A stretch of DNA of 63,083 nt from the NCBI GenBank assembly GCA_964600255.1, contig CAZRIX010000006.1, forward strand, positions 1 to 63,083. Direction: 5' to 3'. This DNA comes from an uncultured Candidatus Saccharibacteria bacterium. Lineage in GTDB: Bacteria; Patescibacteriota; Minisyncoccia; Phycocordibacterales; PALSA-1337. The notes beneath the pieces are model-generated. The model saw only the letters and a program-made list of their open reading frames with translations. It ran no database searches and was not told the origin of the DNA. Positions 9,464 through 18,638 of this stretch are shown here, piece by piece; the first letter of the stretch is position 1; the number at the start of each line of letters is the position of its first letter. A program made the position numbers and the translations under genes.

Positions 9464-10222
9464 ATGAAAATACCTATTTTATACGAAGATAAGGACATTT
9501 TAGCTATAAACAAGCCAGCCGGCGTGGTTATTCACCCTGACGGCAAAACCAAAGGCCCATTCCTTACCGACTGGATCGTGAAGAATTACCCCAAGACGAA
9601 GAATGTGGGTGAACCTGTAGAAACTACCGAATTTGGTACTATCGAGCGTCCTGGTATCGTACACAGGCTAGATAGGGATACTACGGGTGTATTGCTAGTT
9701 GCAAAAACAAAAGCTGGTCACAAGGCACTGAAAGAACAGTTTCAAGATCGAACTGTTGTTAAAAAATATGTAACTTTTGTTTATGGAGAAGTAAAAGATC
9801 AATTCGGAATCATCAATAGACCAATAGGGCGTAGTCCAAACAATTTTAGAAGATGGTCAGCGACACGTGGAGCGAGAGGGGAGTTACGCGATGCTGAAAC
9901 TTGGTTTACACTTCTTTCATATCGTACAGGATTCTCACTATTGGAGGTAGAACCAAAGACTGGTCGTACTCACCAGATCCGTGTTCACTTCAAGGCCTTG
10001 AATCACCCAGTCGTCTGTGATTCACTTTATGCTCCTGAAAAAATGGAAGAAAAGCCAAATGCGCTTGGTTTTGAACGTAATGCTCTGCATGCTTTTTCTA
10101 TAGAATTTACCAATTGTTTGGGAAAGAAGATATCTGTAAAAGCCCCACTCCCAAAGGACTTCCTTAATGCTATAGACGAATTGGGTATCAAGGAGGTTGC
10201 CAAAAAGAAGGGTCTATGTTAG
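9464..10222 (+). CDS. RluA-family pseudouridine synthase
   Basis: HRLDRDTTGVLLVAKT catalytic motif plus GRTHQIRVH. Confidence 0.8.
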   Translation: MKIPILYEDKDILAINKPAGVVIHPDGKTKGPFLTDWIVKNYPKTKNVGEPVETTEFGTIERPGIVHRLDRDTTGVLLVAKTKAGHKALKEQFQDRTVVKKYVTFVYGEVKDQFGIINRPIGRSPNNFRRWSATRGARGELRDAETWFTLLSYRTGFSLLEVEPKTGRTHQIRVHFKALNHPVVCDSLYAPEKMEEKPNALGFERNALHAFSIEFTNCLGKKISVKAPLPKDFLNAIDELGIKEVAKKKGLC

Positions 10223-10238
10223 ATTTGTTGTTACTTAT

Positions 10239-10673
10239 ATGGCAAACAATATCATTTCAGCAGTAAATATTGAGGAACGCAAAAATCTAGCAATCAAGCC
10301 AGGAGACACAGTTCGTGTTTGGCAGAAGATTCAGGAAAAGGGAAAGACACGCCTTCAGGCTTTTGAAGGTCTAGTTCTAGCTCGTAAGCACGGTACAGAG
10401 GCGGGAGCAACATTTACAGTTAGAAAGGTTATCGACTCAGTTGGAGTTGAGAAGATTTTCCCACTATACACACCAATGATCGACAAGATCGATTTACTAA
10501 GACGCTCAAAGGTTCGTAGAGCAAAGCTATATTTCGTAAGAGAGAAGGCAGCAAAGGAGATCAGACGTCAGATGAGAAGAATGCTTGCTATCGACAAGGA
10601 TCAGAATACAGATACAAAGCACACAGCATCTATCAAGGCAGAATTGGAAGGAAAGGAAGAAGCAAAAGCATAA
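10239..10673 (+). CDS. rplS: 50S ribosomal protein L19 with charged C-terminal extension
   Basis: IKPGDTVRVWQKIQEKGKTRLQAFEGLVLARKH...FTVRK. ATG 10239 chosen because the track start 10197 overlaps the upstream gene. Confidence 0.85.
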   Translation: MANNIISAVNIEERKNLAIKPGDTVRVWQKIQEKGKTRLQAFEGLVLARKHGTEAGATFTVRKVIDSVGVEKIFPLYTPMIDKIDLLRRSKVRRAKLYFVREKAAKEIRRQMRRMLAIDKDQNTDTKHTASIKAELEGKEEAKA

Positions 10674-10679
10674 AGAAAA

Positions 10680-10701
10680 GCCCCGGAACGGGGGCTTTTT
10701 T
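10680..10701 (+). terminator. intrinsic terminator after rplS
   Basis: GCCCC-GGAACG-GGGGC followed by TTTTTT. Confidence 0.75.
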
Positions 10702-10756
10702 GTTGAAGAGTATTAAATAATTATGATATAGTTTTGTAATTTACTATAATGACCGA

Positions 10757-11422
10757 ATGGGTATAAGAGGTCCAAAACCGAAGGCTAAAGTAAAGATCAA
10801 ATGGTCTGCAAGTTTTGCTTATGCAATCGGACTGATCGTGACAGACGGAAATCTATCACAGAAAGGAAGTAGTATTACCTTTGTATCTAAGGATATTGAA
10901 CAGATTCATAATTTTAACAAATGTCTGGATATAAATATTAAAATCGGTATACACCATTCAGGGTCTACTACTAACAAGGCACACAGAGTCCAATTTAAGG
11001 ATGTTCTTTTCTTTAAATTTTTAAATGGTATTGGTATACATCCAGCCAAGTCAAAGACTATTAGGGAAGTCAGGATCCCAGAAAAGTATTTTTTTGATTT
11101 TCTCAGAGGGTGTTTTGATGGTGATGGCACAGTCTACTCTTATTGGGATAAAAGATGGAAATCAAGTTTTATGTTTTATGTTAGCTTTATATCTGCTAGT
11201 GAATACTATGTACTCTGGTTACAGAATGAGATATATAAATTACTAAATATTAAAGGTCATATTACTAGTAACGGTAAAAAGATATGTCGTCAATTAAAGT
11301 ATGCAAAATCAGATTCCCTGATAATAATCAGGAAGATGTATGAGAATAAGAATTGCGTCCATCTGGGTAGAAAAAAGTTGAAAATCGATAAGATTTTGGC
11401 TATAGTGGGTGAGTGTGTATAA
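10757..11422 (+). CDS. free-standing double-motif LAGLIDADG homing endonuclease
   Basis: Two LAGLIDADG-type motifs, FAYAIGLIVTDGNL and FLRGCFDGDGTV, about 100 aa apart. The stop codon ends 1 nt before tRNA-Leu. Confidence 0.7.
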   Translation: MGIRGPKPKAKVKIKWSASFAYAIGLIVTDGNLSQKGSSITFVSKDIEQIHNFNKCLDINIKIGIHHSGSTTNKAHRVQFKDVLFFKFLNGIGIHPAKSKTIREVRIPEKYFFDFLRGCFDGDGTVYSYWDKRWKSSFMFYVSFISASEYYVLWLQNEIYKLLNIKGHITSNGKKICRQLKYAKSDSLIIIRKMYENKNCVHLGRKKLKIDKILAIVGECV

Positions 11423-11423
11423 T

Positions 11424-11505
11424 GCACGGGTGATGTAATTGGTAAACATGTACGATTGAGGTTCGTATGCCGTAAGGCGTGGAGGTTCAAGTCCTCTTCC
11501 GTGCA
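11424..11505 (+). tRNA. tRNA-Leu (anticodon GAG) with long variable arm
   Basis: GCACGGG-TG-ATGTAATTGGTAAACAT-G-TACGA-TT-GAG-GT-TCGTA-TGCCGTAAGGCGT-GGAGGTTCAAGTCCTCT-TCCGTGC-A. Confidence 0.8.
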
Positions 11506-11574
11506 CAAGAAGAAAAATCCAAGATGTGGCGCAGATTAAATAAATCTGGTATAAAGTAGAGACGTCAACTGACG

Positions 11575-11603
11575 TATATGGTGGCTATGGTGTAGCGGTA
11601 GCA
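11575..11603 (+). pseudogene. truncated, decayed copy of the tRNA-His 5' half (29-nt perfect repeat of 11643-11671)
   Basis: TATATGGTGGCTATGGTGTAGCGGTAGCA is identical in both copies. The sequence after copy 1 keeps a diverged anticodon-arm-like hairpin (ATGCT-TGTTATG-AGCAT) but has no T-arm or acceptor 3' strand. Confidence 0.6.
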
Positions 11604-11647
11604 GTTATGCTTGTTATGAGCATGGGGGTTTTGAAAGTAAAATATAT

Positions 11648-11722
11648 GGTGGCTATGGTGTAGCGGTAGCACAGAAGCTTGTGGAGCTTTTAGTCTGGGT
11701 TCAACTCCCAGTAGTCACCCCA
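11648..11722 (+). tRNA. tRNA-His (anticodon GTG) with encoded G-1 and CCA
   Basis: G-GTGGCTA...GAAGC-TT-GTG-GA-GCTTT...CTGGGTTCAACTCCCAG-TAGTCAC-C-CCA. Confidence 0.8.
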
Positions 11723-12002
11723 ATTAGAAAATAAATAAATTAAAATCTCTCTAATTATATTATGGTTAGTTAATTTTAATTTCAACAAATGACCTCGAAG
11801 GAGCATTTGGTAATTGGTTTTATAAAAATATCAGCGACAGTTTCAGATTTAATAGATAAAGTTACTATATAGTATTGTATAGTTTTCAAAACCATATCTA
11901 TCACGCGACTCAAAGTTGAATTGATTGAATTTAATTTAATTTAATTAAGCATGCGTTTATTGCTTATCAAATATGTGTTACTATCGTGTTAGAAAGGAGG
12001 TG

Positions 12003-12191
12003 ATGGATATGTTTATTGATCCTTTAGAAAGGCAAGGGTACGAGAGAACTGTTCTTGCCAGAAGATACCCTGAGGCTTATAACATCTTGATCGAGCAAGA
12101 GCAACAGCGTCGACGAGACGAGGTCAGGAATCCGGACGCTCTGGATTACCTGATAGGCAGGATCAAGAATTGTTTTCGTCTGAAGTGGTAA
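12003..12191 (+). CDS. orphan small protein (about 60 aa) in a G+C-richer cassette (P1)
   Basis: Strong SD AAAGGAGG upstream; start is ATG 12003 or 12009. Ends before a 10-bp terminator. Composition is visibly richer in G+C than the neighbours. Confidence 0.5.
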   Translation: MDMFIDPLERQGYERTVLARRYPEAYNILIEQEQQRRRDEVRNPDALDYLIGRIKNCFRLKW

Positions 12192-12217
12192 CATAGGCGG
12201 AGAGATTAGATTCAGTT

Positions 12218-12250
12218 AGGGGTACGAGTAAAATCGTACCCCTAATTTTG
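12218..12250 (+). terminator. intrinsic terminator of the P1 cassette
   Basis: AGGGGTACGA-GTAAAA-TCGTACCCCT followed by AATTTTG. Confidence 0.7.
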
Positions 12251-12314
12251 TTTGAAGGCGTCAAGTATTGGCAGTCCTTTGATATCTATTGAGATTGGTC
12301 TATTATTAATGTTA

Positions 12315-12923
12315 ATGAATACAGGCAAATTAATTTTAACTTCAACCGGTTTATCATCTGAAAATATCGCCAAGAAATTTATGAGCTTTTTTACCGATCA
12401 AACTAGAGAGTCTGTTGTGATAGTAACAACCGCAGCAGAGGGGAAGGAGCAAAATAAATATTCTCAATTAGCAAAAAAACAGTTTGAGGAAATGGGATTT
12501 ACCAAGATCGATTTTATTGATCTTGAGACAGAGCCCTCTAAGGATTTTTCATCATATGGAGTTATTTATGTTTGTGGTGGAAACACTTTTAAACTTCTCA
12601 AGTTTGCACGAGAGGCTAATTTTCAGTCCTCAGTTGATGATCTCCTAAAGCGTAACGGGGTATATGTTGGTGTTAGTGCTGGAAGTATTATCGTCGGTCC
12701 ATCCATCAGTATAGCTAATGAAGTTGAGTCGGACCCAAATGATATTGGTCTAGAAGATCTTACTGGTTTTAACATTACGAACCTTATTATTCTTCCGCAT
12801 TATTCTCCTGAGATTGAGGGTGAGACAAAAGCTTTTGAGAAAAAATATGGAGTTATTGTGGAGAGGTTGAATAACTCCCAGGCTGCTCTTTTGGAAAACG
12901 GAGAAAAGACTATTATTGAATAA
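12315..12923 (+). CDS. peptidase E-like (S51 family) dipeptidase
   Basis: KLILTSTG..., IYVCGGNTFKLL, VYVGVSAGSII (Ser nucleophile context). Start is ATG 12309 or 12315. Confidence 0.65.
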   Translation: MNTGKLILTSTGLSSENIAKKFMSFFTDQTRESVVIVTTAAEGKEQNKYSQLAKKQFEEMGFTKIDFIDLETEPSKDFSSYGVIYVCGGNTFKLLKFAREANFQSSVDDLLKRNGVYVGVSAGSIIVGPSISIANEVESDPNDIGLEDLTGFNITNLIILPHYSPEIEGETKAFEKKYGVIVERLNNSQAALLENGEKTIIE

Positions 12924-12925
12924 AA

Positions 12926-12962
12926 TGACACCCTCCCCGCAGGGACTGCGGGGAGGGTGTCA
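12926..12962. repeat. perfect 17-bp G+C-rich inverted repeat with 3-nt loop (terminator-like hairpin)
   Basis: TGACACCCTCCCCGCAG-GGA-CTGCGGGGAGGGTGTCA directly after the pepE-like stop. The flanking T-run is weak. Confidence 0.7.
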
Positions 12963-13005
12963 TTAATTCATACTCATATTTAGGGACCAATGTTATAATT
13001 CAATC

Positions 13006-13287
13006 ATGAAAATATTGAAATACTTTTTTCTAGTCGTCTTTGTGCTTATATATTGCGCGGGAATTCTTCTCGATATGACTGTGACTTTATATGGTGGTCT
13101 GGGTGGCCCTTATCAGTATTTATGGATTATCCCATTGCATTTCATTCTATCAACTGTATTTTTTGCTGTATACCTTGTAAGTCTTAGGCCAGGGGTACTA
13201 AATGCAAATATTAAATCGCTATTGTCCGGCATTCTATTTATTCTGGTCTCACCCGCACCATATTTTTTCTTGGTGAATAATCAATAG
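13006..13287 (+). CDS. small multi-TM membrane protein
   Basis: Three hydrophobic helices. TATAAT lies 6 nt upstream of the ATG. Confidence 0.5.
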   Translation: MKILKYFFLVVFVLIYCAGILLDMTVTLYGGLGGPYQYLWIIPLHFILSTVFFAVYLVSLRPGVLNANIKSLLSGILFILVSPAPYFFLVNNQ

Positions 13288-13365
13288 TAATTTAATAATG
13301 ATCAGGTCGGTATAATAGAATCTCACTCCCTAGTCTTTAAACTAAAACTTGGTATTATATATACT

Positions 13366-13698
13366 ATGAACAACAACATAATCGTAACAACAACACCAAC
13401 TGTAGAAGGTAAAAATATAGTGTCATATGTAGGAATAGTTCACGCTGATGTCATAATCGGTGTAAACATTATTAGTGACATTCTCGCCGGCATTAGAGAT
13501 ATTGTAGGCGGTCGTTCTGCTTCATATGAACAAAAACTTATCGAAGGTAAGGATCTAGCTATGAAAGAAATTGTAGATGAGGCATTAAAACTAGGTGCTG
13601 ATGCGGTTGTTGGAATTGATTTTGACTATGAGACGGTCGGGGCAAAGGGATCTATGCTTATGATCAATGTTTCTGGAACTGCAGTAAAGTTTGGGTAG
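13366..13698 (+). CDS. YbjQ/UPF0145 family protein
   Basis: [20 protein letters not shown]...GGRSASYE...[13 protein letters not shown] matches the YbjQ family pattern. Confidence 0.75.
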   Translation: MNNNIIVTTTPTVEGKNIVSYVGIVHADVIIGVNIISDILAGIRDIVGGRSASYEQKLIEGKDLAMKEIVDEALKLGADAVVGIDFDYETVGAKGSMLMINVSGTAVKFG

Positions 13699-13794
13699 AA
13701 AATATTACTGTCCAGCGCTTAACCAAGAAGTAGATAAGCTTTACAAAGTAAAGTGATAGTATATAATTACTTTATTAAAATTAAATTTAAAACA

Positions 13795-14343
13795 ATGTCT
13801 ATAAAAATTGTAGCTATTTCAGGCAGCTTAAGAGCAGATTCATACAATACCAAGTTACTTAGAGCTTTCAAAAATCTTGCTTCTAGTGATGTAGATATAG
13901 ATATTCTAAACATCTCGAACCTACCGTTATTCAATGAAGATTTGGAAGCTAACTTTCCACAGGTCGCTTGGGATCTTAAGAAAAAGATAGAAGAGGCCGA
14001 CGCTGTTATTTTTGCTTCACCTGAGTATAACCGTGGTATTACGAGTGCACTAAAGAATGCTGTTGATTGGGCTTCAAGACCTTGGGGCAAGAATTCATTC
14101 GAAGGGAAGGTGGTGGCTGTAACCGGTGCTTCTTCTGGCGCTATTGGTACCGCAGTGTCTCAGCAGGATCTAAAGAAGATAATGTTATATCTAGACTCAT
14201 ATGTTATAGGTCAGCCAGAATTTTTCCTCGGTATTGCTCAGAATAAGTTTGATGAAACTGGTAACGTGATCGATGAAAAAACAAAAGAACATATAACTGG
14301 TTTGCTAGAAGTTATTATCTCAAGGGTAAAGCAAGTAAAATAA
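13795..14343 (+). CDS. NAD(P)H-dependent FMN reductase family protein
   Basis: MSIKIVAISGSLRADSYNTKLL... and SPEYNRGITSALKNAVDW are typical of this family. Confidence 0.7.
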   Translation: MSIKIVAISGSLRADSYNTKLLRAFKNLASSDVDIDILNISNLPLFNEDLEANFPQVAWDLKKKIEEADAVIFASPEYNRGITSALKNAVDWASRPWGKNSFEGKVVAVTGASSGAIGTAVSQQDLKKIMLYLDSYVIGQPEFFLGIAQNKFDETGNVIDEKTKEHITGLLEVIISRVKQVK

Positions 14344-14389
14344 GTCAGATAGCATAGCGTTCAATTCCATTTTCGAATATAATTGATAC

Positions 14390-15730
14390 ATGGTTTTATC
14401 TTTTGACTTTGCAAGAAAGCGTAGCTGGATATTCCCAGTACTAATCTATACTGTATTAATTGTCGGCATCATCACTTCTGTCTACACAGCCATTACGGTT
14501 CACAGTATAAATAAAAAAGATTTGATAGACAGAGTAAATACTATCGCACAATCTATCAAAGCTAATGAGATTGAAAGTCTAAGTGCTAGCTCTTTAGATT
14601 TGGAAAACCCAATATATATTGAGATCAAGGATTTAATCACGAAGGTGCGTGGTGTAAACAGTGATATAAGATTTATATATCTAAATGGATTGAATGAGCA
14701 AGGAATGTTTTTCTATATGGATTCTGAAAGTCCTGACTCGGATTTCTACTCACCGCCAGGCGAACCATATCCAGAAGCTACTCCATTGATGCGTCAATTA
14801 TTTCAAACAAAGGAAAGTGGGTTTGAGATAGCTACCGATAGATGGGGTCTATGGGCTTCGGTATATGTTCCAATAATCAGTCAGGATACAAACAGGGTTG
14901 TTGCGTTATTGGGGATGGATGTTATGGGTCTGATCTATATCCTAAATTTTTTAACATATAGTATTTTGCCATCACTACTCACACTTATGATCATAGCTAT
15001 GTTGGTTATCCTAAAGAAAAGGTTTGATAGGGAACAATACTACATAGATCAAAAGGCAGAGTTTCTATCAATAGCATCTCATGAGATTCGAACACCTCTT
15101 ACTGGTATAAGGTGGGCTACCGAGACAATTATCAACAATAATTCAGATATTCTAGATTCTGACAGAAAGCGCACACTAATGCTCATTCATGAGAACTGTG
15201 TCGGTCTTATCAATAGAATCAACAACTTACTCAGTGTTACTGTGCTTGAGGGTCGTAAGTCTCAGGAAGTCTTTAGGGAACCTGTATATATCAAATCTCT
15301 GGTAGATGAGATCAATCAAAGCCTAAAGTTGTCTGCATATGCCAGAGGTGTTACCTTGGTTGTTACTGATTTTCCAAGTGACATTGTGATCAAGTGTGAT
15401 CAAGAAAAAATAAGACAAGTTTTGACCAATTTAATCTCCAATGCAATAAAGTACACCAAGCATAACACCTCAGTAGAGGTAAGCTACAAGTTGGTTGATG
15501 ATAAACATGAGATATCAGTTGTTGATCATGGAAATGGTATAGACGTACATCAACAAAAGAAGATCTTCGCAGGATTCTATAGAACTGATGAAGCAAGGAA
15601 AAGTGAGCAATATGGTAGTGGTTTGGGATTGTATTTGGTTGATAGGATACTAAAGCTTCACGGTGGCGAAATAAAGGTAGAATCAACTGTAGGTGAGGGT
15701 AGTAAGTTTACTCTAAGTCTAAAAGATTAG
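14390..15730 (+). CDS. membrane sensor histidine kinase
   Basis: H-box SIASHEIRTPLTGI, N-box NLISNAIKYT and G-box GSGLGLYLV, with two TM segments flanking a sensor domain. Confidence 0.85.
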   Translation: MVLSFDFARKRSWIFPVLIYTVLIVGIITSVYTAITVHSINKKDLIDRVNTIAQSIKANEIESLSASSLDLENPIYIEIKDLITKVRGVNSDIRFIYLNGLNEQGMFFYMDSESPDSDFYSPPGEPYPEATPLMRQLFQTKESGFEIATDRWGLWASVYVPIISQDTNRVVALLGMDVMGLIYILNFLTYSILPSLLTLMIIAMLVILKKRFDREQYYIDQKAEFLSIASHEIRTPLTGIRWATETIINNNSDILDSDRKRTLMLIHENCVGLINRINNLLSVTVLEGRKSQEVFREPVYIKSLVDEINQSLKLSAYARGVTLVVTDFPSDIVIKCDQEKIRQVLTNLISNAIKYTKHNTSVEVSYKLVDDKHEISVVDHGNGIDVHQQKKIFAGFYRTDEARKSEQYGSGLGLYLVDRILKLHGGEIKVESTVGEGSKFTLSLKD

Positions 15731-16108
15731 TTACATACCCAGCTTTTTGTGTAAAATATCAAGAATATTTTGTAGGCTTTGATCTGATTTTACCAAATAC
15801 GCTATAGCATTATTGTTTATGGCTTTTTCTATGTGTTCAATATCGTTTAGGTTTGTTAGAACTATGATTGGTATTTTGATATGTGGGTCCGTCCTTCTCA
15901 ATTCCTCAAGCATCTTCACTCCGTCCATAACTGGCAACATAATATCCACGATAATAGCATCAGGCTTATCATTCTTGATTTTTACCAATCCCTCCAGACC
16001 ATTTGACGCAACGAGAGTTTCAAAACCACTGGATAATAGTTGTTTGGATAGTAATTCAGATAGTGTCGCGTCGTCCTCGATAATTAGTATTTTCTTTGTT
16101 GTATTCAT
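15731..16108 (-). CDS. stand-alone receiver-domain response regulator (CheY-like)
   Basis: KKILIIEDD...DAIIVDIMLPVMDG...PIIVLT...K. No output domain. Start at MNTTKK. Confidence 0.8.
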   Translation of the reverse strand: MNTTKKILIIEDDATLSELLSKQLLSSGFETLVASNGLEGLVKIKNDKPDAIIVDIMLPVMDGVKMLEELRRTDPHIKIPIIVLTNLNDIEHIEKAINNNAIAYLVKSDQSLQNILDILHKKLGM

Positions 16109-16184
16109 TTTTATATTATGCCATAAAAATCCATCTGCACATAACACATATTACATGAGTACGATAGCCTGATATAATATACCT

Positions 16185-17072
16185 ATGATAATTTCTATAA
16201 TAGACGTGGGAACTCAAAGTATAAAGCATTACATTTTTGACGTGAACGATAGTGGTAAAAACCTAATACACTACAAGCGATATTCTGATGCCAATCTAGG
16301 AGAATCGGAAATAATTAGTAAGGCTACAATAGCGCGAAATATAAATATTCTAAAAGAATGTTTGCTGATAAACGCTGAAAAGAAAGTAGAAAAAATGGAA
16401 ATACTGGGTACGGATATTTTGAGAAGGGCAGAGAATGCTAGTTCATTTATTTTTGAAGTGAGAAAGCTTACTGGAAAAGAGATTAAGGTTGTTTCGCATG
16501 AAGATGAAGCAAGGTACTTGTATCAGGGTTTTGTTGGGATTGTTCCTAGTGATTTCTCTTTCGGTGCTATGAATATCGGAGGTGGTAGTACTGAGGTGGT
16601 AATTGGAGATAAAGATAAAATGATAATTTCACACAAAATTCCTTTTGGTGTGAAGGCTATTCGAAATATGTTCTCTGAAGGAGGTGTATTGAACTGGTCA
16701 GCAATGGACAAATATCTGGACGATGAGATCTCGGCAACAAATAATGCTGATCATGTATTTGTTACCGGGGTACTGGATTTCATAACTACAGTTGGTCCGC
16801 ATCTTGGCTTTTCATTTGAAACAAGTGAGATTCCTAACCATCCAATAAAGTTCGGTTTTGATAAATACAAGGAATTTCTTGGTGTCATACGAAATACTGA
16901 TATTGAGGCGCTGAGAAAGATTTATAAGAAGGATCCAGGTTTTGCCGACAATTTTGCTATCGGTCAGACGGTGTATTTTAAAATTGCGAGCAAGCTTGGA
17001 GCCAAGACCATTATCCCTAGCAACAATGATATGACAGACGGGGTACTGTTCGATTTAGTAAAGACAAATTAG
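16185..17072 (+). CDS. Ppx/GppA-family (ASKHA fold) phosphatase-like protein
   Basis: IISIIDVGTQSIKHYIF and GAMNIGGGSTEVVIG motifs. Confidence 0.6.
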   Translation: MIISIIDVGTQSIKHYIFDVNDSGKNLIHYKRYSDANLGESEIISKATIARNINILKECLLINAEKKVEKMEILGTDILRRAENASSFIFEVRKLTGKEIKVVSHEDEARYLYQGFVGIVPSDFSFGAMNIGGGSTEVVIGDKDKMIISHKIPFGVKAIRNMFSEGGVLNWSAMDKYLDDEISATNNADHVFVTGVLDFITTVGPHLGFSFETSEIPNHPIKFGFDKYKEFLGVIRNTDIEALRKIYKKDPGFADNFAIGQTVYFKIASKLGAKTIIPSNNDMTDGVLFDLVKTN

Positions 17073-17089
17073 TGTAGTATAATCATAGA

Positions 17090-17626
17090 ATGAACAGGTT
17101 TATTTTGTGGTTATCGATTACTCTGGTTCTTATAATAGTTACGGTGACATTGGTTTATCAAGTAGACATCAAACGTGGTATAGATAATAACTTTCAAAAT
17201 ACAAATACAACCATGAATACTTCAAATATAAAGATTGTGGGGGATAAGTTAACAGACAAACAGTGGAAAATGGGCTCAACTCATACTATTGCTTGGAGTG
17301 TTGATAATGTGCCAGAAGGTCAGTACGTGACAGAAATAGATTTCGTAGATGTCAGTACAAAACTTTCTGTTGGTAGTATTCCTCATGGAGTAAACGAAAC
17401 TAAGAATGGCATGTATAAGACAGAATATAAGGTCTCAACGATCCTCTTGGGAGGTGACGCTATTCAACCGTTGAACCCTGGAAGATACCAATTACTATTT
17501 AAAATATTGAAACTTGAAGCTGATAACGGTACAAGCCAAGATCCATATAGACCAAAGTATTCTCCAGAGTATTTTTATGAAGTAGTAGCGGAGTCATACG
17601 GTGATATTGTGGATGTTACATCGTGA
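17090..17626 (+). CDS. membrane-anchored or secreted hypothetical protein
   Basis: N-terminal TM/signal helix. TATAAT lies 6 nt upstream of the ATG. Confidence 0.5.
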   Translation: MNRFILWLSITLVLIIVTVTLVYQVDIKRGIDNNFQNTNTTMNTSNIKIVGDKLTDKQWKMGSTHTIAWSVDNVPEGQYVTEIDFVDVSTKLSVGSIPHGVNETKNGMYKTEYKVSTILLGGDAIQPLNPGRYQLLFKILKLEADNGTSQDPYRPKYSPEYFYEVVAESYGDIVDVTS

Positions 17627-17638
17627 TAAAATATAGTC

Positions 17639-18637
17639 ATGAAAAAGATATTTGCTCTACTCATAACTTTTCTCACTCTACCACTAGCGGCATCAGCCCA
17701 TGTTAAATGGTTTGTAGACGGTGAGAGTGTTATACAGTCTACTCACGGCACAATACCATTCTATTCTATAAGTAGTGTTGAAGTTCTAATATGGGCTGGT
17801 ATCACACTACTCATTGTTCTCTTGTTTAGTATTGCAGATAAATATATTCCGGAGTCTCGCAAGTTAGTCGACTTTGCCTCAAAGCATGATAGACAAATTA
17901 CTAGGGCAGTGGAGGTACTTATAGGTATTTTCTTGATATCTATTACTTTCTTGTGGAATATCATCCTTGTACCGGAATTCGAAATCGTATCTATCTACAC
18001 ACTTCTTCTGGGAGTTCTACAGTTGTTTGTTGGAGTTTTTCTGATATTCGGGTTGATTCCTAGGGTCAATGCAGTATTGATACTATTTCTTTATATTAAT
18101 ATTTTATTTTTTGGTGGATGGTTATCGTTTGTTGAAAACATAATCATAGTTTCTTTGGCTGCTTACATCTACTTAAAGAATACACCAAATGGTAGCTTTG
18201 CGGCTGGTTATAAAGTCTATGCTGTTGAAATAGTTAGAATTGGAACTGCCTTGTCTTTGATTACTCTGGCATTCACAGAGAAACTTATGTATCCAGAATT
18301 GAGTCTGGCATTCCTCGGTGAGCATAACTGGAATTTTATGCAGCTCGTTGGTATACATTGGTTTTCAAATAATCTATTTGTGTTGAGCGCAGGTTTTTCT
18401 GAACTTATATTTGGAATAGTTTATATACTTGGTTACATGACTAGAATAAATACAATCATACTATCAACATTTTTTGCCAGTTCAGTTGTTACGATGTTTA
18501 TCCAGTTTGGTAAATGGGAAATGGAAGATCTTGTTGTCTATGCCGCTGCTGTGATTCTTATATTCTATGGATATGGCAAGACAAAGTTTTTTCACCGAGT
18601 ACACGATCAATCTATTTGGAAAAAGAATTTAATATAA
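17639..18637 (+). CDS. polytopic membrane protein with signal peptide, function unknown
   Basis: Signal-like MKKIFALLITFLTLPLAASA followed by about 8 hydrophobic helices. Confidence 0.55.
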   Translation: MKKIFALLITFLTLPLAASAHVKWFVDGESVIQSTHGTIPFYSISSVEVLIWAGITLLIVLLFSIADKYIPESRKLVDFASKHDRQITRAVEVLIGIFLISITFLWNIILVPEFEIVSIYTLLLGVLQLFVGVFLIFGLIPRVNAVLILFLYINILFFGGWLSFVENIIIVSLAAYIYLKNTPNGSFAAGYKVYAVEIVRIGTALSLITLAFTEKLMYPELSLAFLGEHNWNFMQLVGIHWFSNNLFVLSAGFSELIFGIVYILGYMTRINTIILSTFFASSVVTMFIQFGKWEMEDLVVYAAAVILIFYGYGKTKFFHRVHDQSIWKKNLI

Positions 18638-18638
18638 T

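Noticed and set aside
10757-11505. LAGLIDADG ORF as part of a group I intron splitting a tRNA gene.
   Set aside because: tRNA-Leu downstream folds as a complete cloverleaf on its own. The sequence upstream of the ORF is the rplS terminator plus an AT-rich spacer with no tRNA 5' exon.
14390-16108. Histidine kinase and receiver gene arranged tail-to-tail with adjacent stop codons (15730/15731) and no terminator between them.
   Set aside because: This arrangement is unusual compared with co-directional two-component operons, but it is not evidence of a novel system. Both proteins have ordinary motifs.
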